A stretch of 64,000 bases of DNA from a virus (Duplodnaviria; Caudoviricetes): the IMG/VR virus record IMGVR_UViG_3300035208_002098, positions 64,001-128,000 of that record; one strand, 5' to 3'. Position 1 is the stretch's first letter. Every line of letters starts with the position of its first letter. Shown one piece after another: positions 31,737 through 39,932 of the stretch. The notes beneath the pieces are model-generated. The model saw only the letters and a list, made by a program, of their open reading frames with translations, made no database searches and was not told the origin of the DNA. A program made the position numbers and the translations under genes.

Positions 31737-31808
31737 AGCAATAGAAGAATTTTGAAATCTCGACCTTGACATTGGCAATGTCACGCTCTGCCTCTGAGCT
31801 ACTACTGC
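31737..31808 (-). tRNA. tRNA-Gly(GCC)
   Basis: loop TTGCCAA, U73. Confidence 0.82.
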
Positions 31809-31852
31809 ATGGAGCCGGCACTGCGATTTAACAGTGAATCACCCGGCATTTG

Positions 31853-31999
31853 TGGGCTAGAGGGGATTTAAACCCGTTAGTTAATCACATACTTTTTATA
31901 GCTAATTATTATATGTAATTCTAACCTAATTAACCTTAGTCATTATAGACAGCCACCTTTATAACGATGACCCGAATTCATCACATTCGTAGCTAACCC
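31853..31999 (-). ncRNA. tRNA-like RNA (acceptor + T arm, long non-canonical interior)
   Basis: GGGTTAG/CTAGCCC-A ends and T-arm-like hairpin; no anticodon arm. Confidence 0.4.
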
Positions 32000-32004
32000 T
32001 TTTG

Positions 32005-32076
32005 AGTCGATAATCAGAATCGAACTGACATCCTCAGTTTGGTAAACTGACGCACTAACCGTTGTGCTATATCGAC
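32005..32076 (-). tRNA. tRNA-Gly(ACC)
   Basis: TCAGT-TTACCAA-ACTGA arm, U73. Confidence 0.82.
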
Positions 32077-32078
32077 AT

Positions 32079-32264
32079 TTATTTTAAACCATCTTTTATT
32101 AAAAATTTTAATTTTAATTTAGCTTTATCGTATTTAGCTTTAGTCTTTTCAAACTCTTCAGATGATACATTATCTTTAAAGTTTTTACTATCTAAACGTT
32201 TCTTTAGAAATTCAACATATTTCTCTTCTTGACCTATTAAATCAATTTTTTTATTTTTACCCAT
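32079..32264 (-). CDS. small hypothetical protein
   Basis: 61-aa ORF filling the gap between tRNAs. Confidence 0.55.
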   Translation of the reverse strand: MGKNKKIDLIGQEEKYVEFLKKRLDSKNFKDNVSSEEFEKTKAKYDKAKLKLKFLIKDGLK

Positions 32265-32281
32265 AATTAAAAATTTTATTG

Positions 32282-32366
32282 AGCCTTCTGTCAGATTCGA
32301 ACTGACGTGTCATTTGCATGAACCGGGTTACAAATCCGGTATAATCGACCACTATATGAAGAAGGC
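32282..32366 (-). tRNA. tRNA-Thr(TGT) with long variable arm
   Basis: GCCTTCT acceptor, loop TTTGTAA, extra arm TCATGCAAATGA. Confidence 0.72.
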
Positions 32367-32434
32367 ATGGTCGGAGGTAGCTTTTCCCATTCGTTCCGCT
32401 TCAAAAGCTTACGGTTAACAATGGTACCCCCGTT

Positions 32435-32511
32435 TGGAGCCACAAGAGGGACTCGAACCCCCAACACCCTGATTACAAGTCAGGTACTCTACCAATTAAA
32501 GCTATTGTGGC
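32435..32511 (-). tRNA. tRNA-Thr(TGT)
   Basis: CCTGA-CTTGTAA-TCAGG, encoded CCA. Confidence 0.88.
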
Positions 32512-32671
32512 AATTATTTTACATCTATAAATTCAATAGATGTTATTTCAGAATTGTTTTGAATAGATTCAAAACTCTCATGTAATGTTTTATTTTTACA
32601 CGATTCTAATATTTCACTTAACCAATGAAATGCTGATTTGTCTACTATTATTTTCATATTATGTTTTTTAG

Positions 32672-32743
32672 TGCAGTAATTCGGACTTGAACCGAAAACC
32701 CTCTCATTGGAAGTGAGACGCTCTTCATTGGAGCTATTACTGC
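32672..32743 (-). tRNA. tRNA-Gly(TCC)
   Basis: TCTCA-CTTCCAA-TGAGA. Confidence 0.8.
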
Positions 32744-32799
32744 GTTATTTATTCTAAATCCTATGACATATATTCAATATCATGTTATTATTAATAATT

Positions 32800-33063
32800 A
32801 AATAGATGACCGTAGCCAAGGTTCTGTTTTAATCTAACATTTATCTATATATCATATGATATATCCGGTTTTTCATTCCGGTGCCACTACCTGTCTATCA
32901 TCGCAATCTGAGGACCCTTGCTAAGACTAATTTGTGTTGCATCCCATGTTGCAGTGGTATAACGTATAAATTAATATACTTCCACTTCTCAGAGAGATGC
33001 CTTGAACTTCCTCTTCACCACATTTAGTATTATGTGATAAAGCGTTAGAATGCCTGTCTATTT
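32800..33063 (-). ncRNA. rnpB: compact RNase P RNA
   Basis: GAGGAAGTTCAAGGC and AGATAAATG...AACAGAACCTTGGCTA signatures with complementary P4; P1, P2, P3, P5, P6 and P18 pairings are traceable. Confidence 0.82.
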
Positions 33064-33064
33064 A

Positions 33065-33552
33065 TTATTTATTATTTTTTAATTGTTCTTTAATTTTATT
33101 ATCCCATAAATTAGTATCACGTAATTTAGTTAATCGTTTACAAAATTCTGATTCAGTTAATACTGTTTCACTTTGTTTATTTTTACCTATTGAATGTGTG
33201 AATACAGCATCATTAGTTGATAACAAATCTTTCTTAAAATTTTCATTAGTAAATAAAGCTTCGTATGCTCTATTTAATAATTCTTGGTATTCTTTAGATT
33301 TTCTCTGGAATGCTTCACCTTTCCACCATAATGTTTGTCCTGTTTTCCAAGCTTTATTACGACCACTACCTCGTTTCTTAGCACCAAACCCAACCAATTT
33401 ACAAACCTCAGCTTGAATAACTCATTCTCGAATTTAAAGGATTGTAATAACCCTTCCATTGATGCACATTCAACACCATCAAATATAAATTGTCTAGCCG
33501 TAAAATTACTTAGTCTACCAGCAACACCTTTATTATTTCCACCTATATCCAT
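33065..33552 (-). pseudogene. NADAR-family protein (T4 gp30.3-like), frameshifted near 33420
   Basis: LSNF...DGVECASMEGLLQSFK then, in another frame, QAEVCKLVGFGAK...LWWKG...HSIG...TVLTESEF. Confidence 0.72.
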
Positions 33553-33618
33553 ATCATTATATTTTAATCAAAGTTACTACTTTTTATCTATTAAAACAAG
33601 TAATTAATACTATTTTTG

Positions 33619-33750
33619 TGACCCACGTTTGGAATCGAACCTAACACTTTTAATAAACTCATAAATGATATTTATTAAATTACCGAAGTCTTTTATTTGC
33701 TAGTAATACTCTTCCGAGCCCGTAACGATACCAACAGCAAGACGCAGACC
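33619..33750 (-). ncRNA. tRNA-like RNA without canonical D/anticodon arms
   Basis: G:U-rich acceptor and GGTTCGATTCC T arm. Confidence 0.4.
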
Positions 33751-33760
33751 AATTTATTTG

Positions 33761-33857
33761 TGGGTCACAGGGGTATCGAACCCCACGTCATCTTATTCAC
33801 ATAAGATTTACCATGTATGTTATACTTTAACTCAACGTCAATCTCAATACGCAGCCC
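33761..33857 (-). ncRNA. mini tmRNA-TLD-like RNA
   Basis: 5' GGGCTGCGTATTGAGATTGACG and 3' GACGTGGGGTTCGATACCCC...CCCA. Confidence 0.4.
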
Positions 33858-33863
33858 ATATTG

Positions 33864-33945
33864 TCCATCCGGTTGGATTCGAACCAACGCAACCCATATT
33901 AAAAGTATGGTGCCTCTCGCTTACGCTCCACTCGGCCACGGATGG
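33864..33945 (-). tRNA. tRNA-Lys(TTT) with enlarged D loop
   Basis: CCATA-CTTTTAA-TATGG; extra CGTAAGCG in D loop. Confidence 0.75.
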
Positions 33946-33954
33946 AAATTTTTG

Positions 33955-34039
33955 TGTATCCGGTGGGGCTCGAACCCACGTTGAACATACTGTTCCTACA
34001 TTAAAAGTGTAGAGCCTAAACCAACTCGGCCACAGATAC
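33955..34039 (-). tRNA. tRNA-Lys(TTT) with long variable arm
   Basis: CTACA-CTTTTAA-TGTAG; extra arm GAACAGTATGTTC. Confidence 0.78.
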
Positions 34040-34041
34040 AT

Positions 34042-34485
34042 TTATATTATGTCTTTATACCAATTAAATTGTTTAGCAGTTCTTCTCCTATGACAATTGG
34101 CACATCTAACATCACATTTTTTAATTTCTTCTAATATCACACCCCAAGAATACCCAGCATTAACCATATTACCAACACCATCTATTTTATCAACATTATC
34201 TTTATGGTCAAATTCTAATACAATAGGGTCTTTTTCACCACAATCAATACAATATGATTGTGATAGAACATCGAAATATTTTCTTTGGTTTTCTTTTCTA
34301 ATTCGTTTATTTCGTTCACCAATAATTATTTTATGTTTTTCTCTATTATCATTATAATATTCTTTAGATTTAAGATTACTACATTCACGACAAATATTAC
34401 TATGTCCATCTTTACGAGTTTTATTTTTATTAAAATCAGTTAATATCTTGATTTCTTTACATTTAGTACATATTTTAGTTTCCAT
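34042..34485 (-). CDS. HNH homing endonuclease
   Basis: CTKC, CIDC...LEFDH...CANCHRRRT. Confidence 0.85.
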   Translation of the reverse strand: METKICTKCKEIKILTDFNKNKTRKDGHSNICRECSNLKSKEYYNDNREKHKIIIGERNKRIRKENQRKYFDVLSQSYCIDCGEKDPIVLEFDHKDNVDKIDGVGNMVNAGYSWGVILEEIKKCDVRCANCHRRRTAKQFNWYKDII

Positions 34486-34544
34486 ATTTTTTCATTTAAT
34501 ATAATAAACTTTTAAACAAAAGTAAATGTTAAAAGCTATTGTTG

Positions 34545-34617
34545 TCACCCCAAAGAGACTTGAACTCTTGACTCCGATATTAAAAGTATCGTACTCTACC
34601 AACTGAGTTATGAGGTG
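34545..34617 (-). tRNA. tRNA-Lys(TTT)
   Basis: CGATA-CTTTTAA-TATCG. Confidence 0.85.
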
Positions 34618-34705
34618 AAAAAGAAAGATGAATTTAAAGGAGGGATTAAGTTAGAAAAAATCCATCTCTCAAAGGATAACATTATCAGCACAATAATGTC
34701 AAGTG

Positions 34706-34791
34706 TATCGTATGTGGGATTCGAACCCACGAATCGATTACTCGAAGCCAGCTTGAAAAGCTGGTGACCTAGGCCGCTAGTCTAATACGAC
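34706..34791 (-). tRNA. tRNA-Glu(TTC) with long variable arm
   Basis: CCAGC-TTTTCAA-GCTGG; extra arm TCGAGTAATCGA. Confidence 0.78.
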
Positions 34792-34800
34792 ATAATATTG

Positions 34801-34872
34801 TAGCCCGTAGGGGAATCGAACCCCTGATTCTAGGTTGAAAACCTAACGACTTAACCGTTTGTCCAACGGGCC
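34801..34872 (-). tRNA. tRNA-Glu(TTC)
   Basis: TTAGG-TTTTCAA-CCTAG. Confidence 0.85.
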
Positions 34873-34896
34873 ATTTAATAAAATTTATTTGATTTG

Positions 34897-34970
34897 TCAC
34901 ACATACCGGATTCGAACCGGTGATTTTTTGGTTGAAAACCAAACGTCCTAGGCCTCTAGACGAATGTGCG
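34897..34970 (-). tRNA. tRNA-Glu(TTC)
   Basis: TTTGG-TTTTCAA-CCAAA. Confidence 0.85.
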
Positions 34971-35027
34971 AAATTGCGAGATAAACTCGCATTATTAAAG
35001 GGCAACCGGGTAGGTCGACATGTATAA

Positions 35028-35378
35028 TTACCCTTTAAAATAAGATGAATTAGCAAATTTAGCTTCTCTTGCAAAATCAGTATCATCGTGAACGTATTGA
35101 TTGAATTCTCTAGATTCTAATTGAACAATTGTTTCAACTTCCATAGTAAACATTAGAATTAATTTATCGTATTCTTCTGTTTTATCTACTGGTTGTATTA
35201 AATTTAAACGAATGTTTGTATCACCGTTATTAGCTTTTTTTAATAAGAATTTTAATTGTTTTAAAGCCTCTTCTTTATAATCGATTAATGCTTGTTGATA
35301 ATCAATTATATGTTGTTGTTTATTAGCTTTAATTTTTTCAATTAAGTCACTTTTGTTTACATTGATAATTCTACTCAT
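35028..35378 (-). CDS. hypothetical phage protein
   Basis: 116-aa ORF within the tRNA array. Confidence 0.6.
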   Translation of the reverse strand: MSRIINVNKSDLIEKIKANKQQHIIDYQQALIDYKEEALKQLKFLLKKANNGDTNIRLNLIQPVDKTEEYDKLILMFTMEVETIVQLESREFNQYVHDDTDFAREAKFANSSYFKG

Positions 35379-35445
35379 AATTTTTATTTTTAATTTATGT
35401 TATTTTAAGAATAACAAAAATATATAATAAATTAAAAGATATCAA

Positions 35446-35844
35446 CTAAAAATTCACTTTTCTTTTATCAGTAACTAAAATATCATCATTTCTATCTAAT
35501 GTAATATATTCTAAATTTACTAATTCAAATTCTTTAAGATGTTCTATAACTTCATTAGCTGTAAATTCACTACAAGAATATATATCAAACTGAAATTTTT
35601 GTGGTGTTTCTGAGTCCCACACATGCATACTGGCATGTGATGTAGCTAAAGTAACAGTACCGGTTACACCTTCATTACCTAAATCATCAACATATACTGA
35701 TGTTGGTCCGGCCACAACTTTCATTCGTACTTTTTCAACTAATATACTTAACCATAAATTTAATTCTTTAACTGTTTTAGGTGCTTTTTTACATTCACCC
35801 TTACAAATAAAGTGTAGGTGATTTGGCTTGAAAATTTCATTCAT
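35446..35844 (-). CDS. speD: S-adenosylmethionine decarboxylase proenzyme
   Basis: GVTGTVTLATSHASMHVW, DIYSC. Confidence 0.82.
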   Translation of the reverse strand: MNEIFKPNHLHFICKGECKKAPKTVKELNLWLSILVEKVRMKVVAGPTSVYVDDLGNEGVTGTVTLATSHASMHVWDSETPQKFQFDIYSCSEFTANEVIEHLKEFELVNLEYITLDRNDDILVTDKRKVNF

Positions 35845-35906
35845 TTATTAAAATTATTACGATAATATTATTTAATAAATAAATATCAAGAAAACCATTA
35901 AAATTG

Positions 35907-35979
35907 TTGCGATAAAAGGATTCGAACCTTTGTTTGCGGTCTCCACGACCACCGTCCTGAACCACTAGACGATACCGCT
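35907..35979 (-). tRNA. atypical tRNA, anticodon TGG or undetermined
   Basis: good D and T arms; loop CGTGGAG lacks U33. Confidence 0.5.
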
Positions 35980-36076
35980 GAAACTCATTAAAATTTAGAC
36001 TGCATTCTTAACTTTTTTGAGATTGCTTAATATAATTCCGATATTTGCAGTTACGGTTTCATATCAAGTAATTTTG

Positions 36077-36157
36077 TGGGGCTGATGGGATTCGAACCCA
36101 CTAAGCGTAGCAGCGGTTTTACAGACCGCCTCAACTCTCCAACGTTGACGCATCCCC
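36077..36157 (-). tRNA. tRNA-Tyr(GTA), atypical D arm
   Basis: GCGGT-CTGTAAA-ACCGC. Confidence 0.78.
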
Positions 36158-36165
36158 AAATAGAG

Positions 36166-36247
36166 TGGGAGTAGTTGGACTCGAACCAACGAAGACCGAA
36201 GTCGAGGGATTTACAGTCCCTTGCAATTGCCGCTATGCGATACTCCC
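36166..36247 (-). tRNA. tRNA-Tyr(GTA)
   Basis: AGGGA-CTGTAAA-TCCCT, class II arm. Confidence 0.88.
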
Positions 36248-36255
36248 AAGTTAGA

Positions 36256-36390
36256 ACAGGTTTGTCTTTTTGCGTTCTATTGCTCTACCAACTGAGCTAT
36301 ACCCCCAATATTAATATTTGTGGGGGCAATGGGATTCGAACCACATGACCCATAGATTTACCTAGCTTTTTATTTGCTGAATCAAACCTT
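36256..36390 (-). ncRNA. YrlA-like Y RNA (circularly permuted tRNA module)
   Basis: AGGTTTG..CAGCAA...CAAACCT closing stem; T arm precedes a looped acceptor stem and then the D arm. Confidence 0.68.
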
Positions 36391-36397
36391 TATCTAG

Positions 36398-36470
36398 TCG
36401 AGTATGCTGGCATCGAACCGACCAAGCGATGCCTCCAATGCACCGCTGCCTAAACCTTGGTCAATACTCG
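36398..36470 (-). tRNA. tRNA-Pro(TGG), atypical
   Basis: C1-G72, A73, GGTGC-ATTGGAG-GCATC. Confidence 0.6.
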
Positions 36471-36476
36471 TTAAAG

Positions 36477-36547
36477 TTGTCCTACTAAGATTCGAACTTA
36501 GAACAACGGTATCAAAAACCGTTGTGTTACCATTACACCATAGGACA
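36477..36547 (-). tRNA. tRNA-Gln(TTG)
   Basis: TGTCCTA acceptor, ACGGT-TTTTGAT-ACCGT. Confidence 0.85.
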
Positions 36548-36562
36548 ATGTTTATTTTTTTG

Positions 36563-36647
36563 CAGACCCCGTAAGACTCGAACTTACAAACCAATTAAAG
36601 GCATTAGATTCAAAATCTAACGTGTTTACCAATTCCACCAGAGGTCT
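36563..36647 (-). tRNA. tRNA-Gln(TTG) with Leu-like D arm and long variable arm
   Basis: TTAGA-TTTTGAA-TCTAA, G73. Confidence 0.75.
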
Positions 36648-36724
36648 AAAATATTTTTTTTATTTTATAATTATATTAAATACCGTATTACTAAATGATA
36701 TTTATTAGTATAATACTTAAAACA

Positions 36725-36895
36725 ATGAAATTAAATTATTCTGATAAAGTTAAATTCCTTAGTGGTGAATACCAAGATAAAATTGGTACTTATGTTGACG
36801 AAAATTCTAGTGCTTTTTTAATTAAACTAGATACCCAATCTATTATTATAATAGTAAGTAAATATAATACTGAAACAATTATAGAAAAAATATAG
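36725..36895 (+). CDS. small hypothetical protein antisense to the tRNA array
   Basis: MKLNYSDK start after GATATTTATT motif. Confidence 0.5.
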   Translation: MKLNYSDKVKFLSGEYQDKIGTYVDENSSAFLIKLDTQSIIIIVSKYNTETIIEKI

Positions 36896-36897
36896 AA

Positions 36898-36955
36898 ACA
36901 GGATTGACGTTGTTTCAATTAAAATTTGATTTTGTTTATTGCTGAACCAATCCTT
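36898..36955 (-). ncRNA. short Y-RNA-like CAGCAA stem element
   Basis: AGGATTG..CAGCAA...CAATCCTGT. Confidence 0.5.
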
Positions 36956-36965
36956 TATTCTATTG

Positions 36966-37050
36966 TCGAACTAGAGGGATTTGAACCCACAAACTAAGTT
37001 AATTACTCTTAGTACCACCTATGTACAGTATCACCGTAACAGTTAGCTCG
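36966..37050 (-). ncRNA. tRNA-like RNA without recognisable anticodon
   Basis: CGAGCTA/TAGTTCG-A acceptor and GGGTTCAAATCCC T arm. Confidence 0.45.
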
Positions 37051-37056
37051 TTATTG

Positions 37057-37131
37057 TCGGGATGGTGAGATTCGAACTCACGAACCGAAGCTTCCAAGGC
37101 CCCGTTGTATAACCATCTGCATAACATCCCG
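37057..37131 (-). tRNA. tRNA-Pro(TGG)
   Basis: CGGGATG acceptor, GGGGC-CTTGGAA-GCTTC. Confidence 0.78.
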
Positions 37132-37136
37132 TTTAG

Positions 37137-37207
37137 TCGAGTGATTTGGCATTCCACCAAATATACTAGGTCCCGATGACCACTGCACTATACTTGTGCT
37201 ACACTCG
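37137..37207 (-). tRNA. degenerate tRNA-Pro(CGG)-like
   Basis: Pro-type acceptor end; weak anticodon stem around ATCGGGA; non-canonical T loop. Confidence 0.4.
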
Positions 37208-37218
37208 TTATTTTATTC

Positions 37219-37996
37219 CCAATATGTCAATGAAAATTGGTTTTTGTAAAATATCTAGATATTTATAGATATATACAAATTATTATGATACCATTATACA
37301 CTGAAGAAGAATTTAAAACCGCCAAATCATTTGATGAATTATCATGCCAATGTTTAATTTGTGGTAAAACATTTAAACAAAAAAAATACATTGTAAAAAT
37401 GGCTTTAAGTCCAAAATATGAAAGGACTGGTGATTTTTGTTCACTTACATGTCAACAAAAATCTAATATAAAAAAAGATACATTTAAAATATTTAATTGT
37501 TGTAATTGCAATAAAGAAATTATAAAACAATCGTCAGCCAGTAAACGTCATAAAAATACTTTCTGTTCACATTCATGCTCTACAAAATATTTAAATTCAC
37601 ATAAAACTACCGGTACAAGACGTTCTAAATTAGAAATGTATGTTGAAGAACAACTTACATTACTTTACCCTAATCTAGATATTAAATATAATGATAAATC
37701 AGTTATTAATTCTGAATTAGATATCCACATACCATCACTTAACTTAGCATTCGAACTTAATGGTATATTCCATTATGAACCAATATTCGGTGTTAATAAA
37801 TTAGACCAAATACAAACTAATGATATATCTAAATCAAAAGCCTGTATAGATGCAAAGATTGATTTATGTATAATAGATACATCTGGTCATAAATATGTTA
37901 AACCTAAAACTAGTGAAAAATATCTTAATATTATAATTAAAATTATTAACACTAGATTAGCCTAACTTTTTAAAATTTATCCAATATGTCAATGAA
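37219..37996 (+). mobile_element. endonuclease cassette bounded by a 16-bp direct repeat
   Basis: CCAATATGTCAATGAA at 37219-37234 and 37981-37996. Confidence 0.7.
37285..37965 (+). CDS. zinc-ribbon + PD-(D/E)xK homing endonuclease
   Basis: CxxC...FCSxxC repeats, ELDIHIP...AFELNGIFH. Confidence 0.78.
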   Translation: MIPLYTEEEFKTAKSFDELSCQCLICGKTFKQKKYIVKMALSPKYERTGDFCSLTCQQKSNIKKDTFKIFNCCNCNKEIIKQSSASKRHKNTFCSHSCSTKYLNSHKTTGTRRSKLEMYVEEQLTLLYPNLDIKYNDKSVINSELDIHIPSLNLAFELNGIFHYEPIFGVNKLDQIQTNDISKSKACIDAKIDLCIIDTSGHKYVKPKTSEKYLNIIIKIINTRLA

Positions 37997-37998
37997 CT
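37981..37998 (-). promoter_or_regulatory. boxA-like antitermination element
   Basis: AGTTCATTGACATATTGG; related copies at 46956-46967 and 53342-53359. Confidence 0.6.
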
Positions 37999-38042
37999 TG
38001 TTTTTTTAATTCTATGTTTAGTCTATGAATTAATAACGGTCT

Positions 38043-38081
38043 AAAAACAAAAAACCCAATCTACATTTCTGAGGATTGGGT
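38043..38081 (-). terminator. attenuator terminator of tRNA operon A
   Basis: ACCCAATC-loop-GATTGGGT followed by a U-rich tract; 5' arm also complementary to GGATTGGGT (38136-38144) in the leader ORF. Confidence 0.85.
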
Positions 38082-38114
38082 CTTTATATTATTTTGAAAG
38101 AATACTCTAATTCT

Positions 38115-38201
38115 TTACATAAAATTATATAACATACCCAATCCGTTTTGGCCCTCGCCTTTCGGTTGTTTCGTTCCTTGATATGTTGTATACGTTTTCA
38201 T
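38115..38201 (-). CDS. leader peptide MKTYTTYQGTKQPKGEGQNGLGMLYNFM
   Basis: 28-codon ORF between promoter and terminator, A-rich initiation region. Confidence 0.8.
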   Translation of the reverse strand: MKTYTTYQGTKQPKGEGQNGLGMLYNFM

Positions 38202-38231
38202 TGTTTTAATTTTTATATTTTTAATATTCTA

Positions 38232-38314
38232 TTGTTTGTTTATAAATATACTGCAAAGATATGAAAAGTTTCAATACGAGTCAAGTATTTTCGCATTTAT
38301 TTTCAAATTATTTT
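38232..38314 (-). promoter_or_regulatory. tandem promoter of tRNA operon A (83-bp repeat, copy 1)
   Basis: CTTG...TATCTTTG followed by TATATTTATA; 3 mismatches versus 53797-53879. Confidence 0.8.
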
Positions 38315-38333
38315 TTAATGTGTTGATTTATAG

Positions 38334-38975
38334 CTATTTAATTTCTTTCATTTTATCTCTTAATATACAAGCTAATTCATATTCTTCATTTTTAACAGCG
38401 TCATCAAGTTGTTCTTGTAGAGATTTTTCTTTAATTGGTTCGATATCTGTTCTACTATCATTAAAATTAAGAATAAATTCTGTTGGGTTATCTAATATTA
38501 ATTCTTCAATAACTAAACCCTTATTTTCTTCTTCTTTCGTTAATTCTCTATGTCTAATTAAAACACCCTCACCAAGCACCCAAGTTTTTTCTTCAAATAA
38601 ACTTTCATCTTTTAAAACAATTTTAACACTTATTGGTTGACCTAATACATTACTTATTTTAGCATCTAATTCCCCATGTGTTATATTTTCTGTTGACCAA
38701 GCTTCAATTTGATTTTGTATTGATAATATCTCTGGTGGTGTCGTATTAAATTGCGACCCGTAGAATTCCATAAGTTTATTTATATATTCTTTATATTTAC
38801 TAGATATATGCTCATCGGTATCACCAGCATCACCACGAAATTTGTTTATATCATCTGGATTTTGGTTATTTGGTGTTTCACCTCGTTTACCAAAATCATG
38901 GAATAAAGGATTTGTATCATCATTACCTTTACCAAAAAACATATTACCAAATAAATCGAAAAAATTTTCATTCAT
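38334..38975 (-). CDS. protein with C-terminal UVR (UvrB/UvrC) motif
   Basis: LQEQLDDAVKNEEYELACILRDKM. Confidence 0.7.
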   Translation of the reverse strand: MNENFFDLFGNMFFGKGNDDTNPLFHDFGKRGETPNNQNPDDINKFRGDAGDTDEHISSKYKEYINKLMEFYGSQFNTTPPEILSIQNQIEAWSTENITHGELDAKISNVLGQPISVKIVLKDESLFEEKTWVLGEGVLIRHRELTKEEENKGLVIEELILDNPTEFILNFNDSRTDIEPIKEKSLQEQLDDAVKNEEYELACILRDKMKEIK

Positions 38976-39034
38976 AATCTATATTTTTAATTATACACAA
39001 ATTTAACACTTTTTTTTTAATTAAACAAGTAAAA

Positions 39035-39175
39035 CTATAGGTTTTTTATAATACCCTCAATAATTTTTTTTGCTTCATCATCAACATCAGACCCCTTTTT
39101 AATATTTTTTCTGTGTGGTATAAACCTCAAATTTTTAATATTCCCAATTGCTTCTGGTGGAATTTGATTCTTAAA
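39035..39175 (-). pseudogene. orphan 3' end paralogous to the 40124-40612 gene
   Basis: FKNQIPPEAIGNIKNLRFIPHRKNIKKG versus FKNQIPPEAIAHIDNLRFIYHTKNIKKG. Confidence 0.75.
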
Positions 39176-39932
39176 CTAAGTGTTTCCAACTTTTATATGT
39201 TACAATATTAAATACACTACTTTGTGAAATATTAAACATTTTAACTAACTCTTTTCTACTATAAGTCTTATCGATGTAATATTTTCTCATTAATATTACA
39301 TCACTATCAGTCAATTTTGACATTGAATGATTTTCACCGGTTGAGGCTTCCTTTATTTTATTAATAATATCGTCATTATGTTTTTTACCATACATACCAT
39401 TATTACTACCACTATTTTTATCGCTTATTTTTTCCTTAGTTATTGAATTATGATTCTTCCCTGACATACCAACATGATTAATTTTCATTAACTCAATAGT
39501 ATATTCACTTGCCTTTTTACCATAACATGGGTTTTTTGTACCTGAATATTTTAAACTTAAATCACGTTTGTATTCATCAGAATGAATATGATAACCACTA
39601 ATATATTTATTCCATGGTATAGAACCACATGAAAATCCATCGCCACCATGAGTCATATTTGTTAAATAAAAACCCCATGTTTTAAATTGAGATATCCAAT
39701 ATGTTTCCCAAAATTGCCATTCATTAATATCTACAACATCTATAACTTCTATTATTGGTTCTTTATTTTTATTTAATAATGAATTTACCCAAGCTTTTTT
39801 ATGTGATAAGGTAGAGTTTTTAGATTCGTTAATATGTCTTTCAAATCTAGTTTTAATATCACCGGTTTTACCAACATACCTAACCTGTTTTGTATTTGGG
39901 TCGGTTAAAGTATATATAAATATTTTATTCAT
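39171..39932 (-). CDS. GIY-YIG/NUMOD3 homing endonuclease
   Basis: FIYTLTDP...RYVGKT, LTNMTHGGDG, NPCYGKK and NGMYGKKH repeats. Confidence 0.85.
   Translation of the reverse strand: MNKIFIYTLTDPNTKQVRYVGKTGDIKTRFERHINESKNSTLSHKKAWVNSLLNKNKEPIIEVIDVVDINEWQFWETYWISQFKTWGFYLTNMTHGGDGFSCGSIPWNKYISGYHIHSDEYKRDLSLKYSGTKNPCYGKKASEYTIELMKINHVGMSGKNHNSITKEKISDKNSGSNNGMYGKKHNDDIINKIKEASTGENHSMSKLTDSDVILMRKYYIDKTYSRKELVKMFNISQSSVFNIVTYKSWKHLV

Noticed and set aside
33619-33857. Full-length tmRNA
   Set aside because: Too short, no tag reading frame or pseudoknot region, and no G3:U70.
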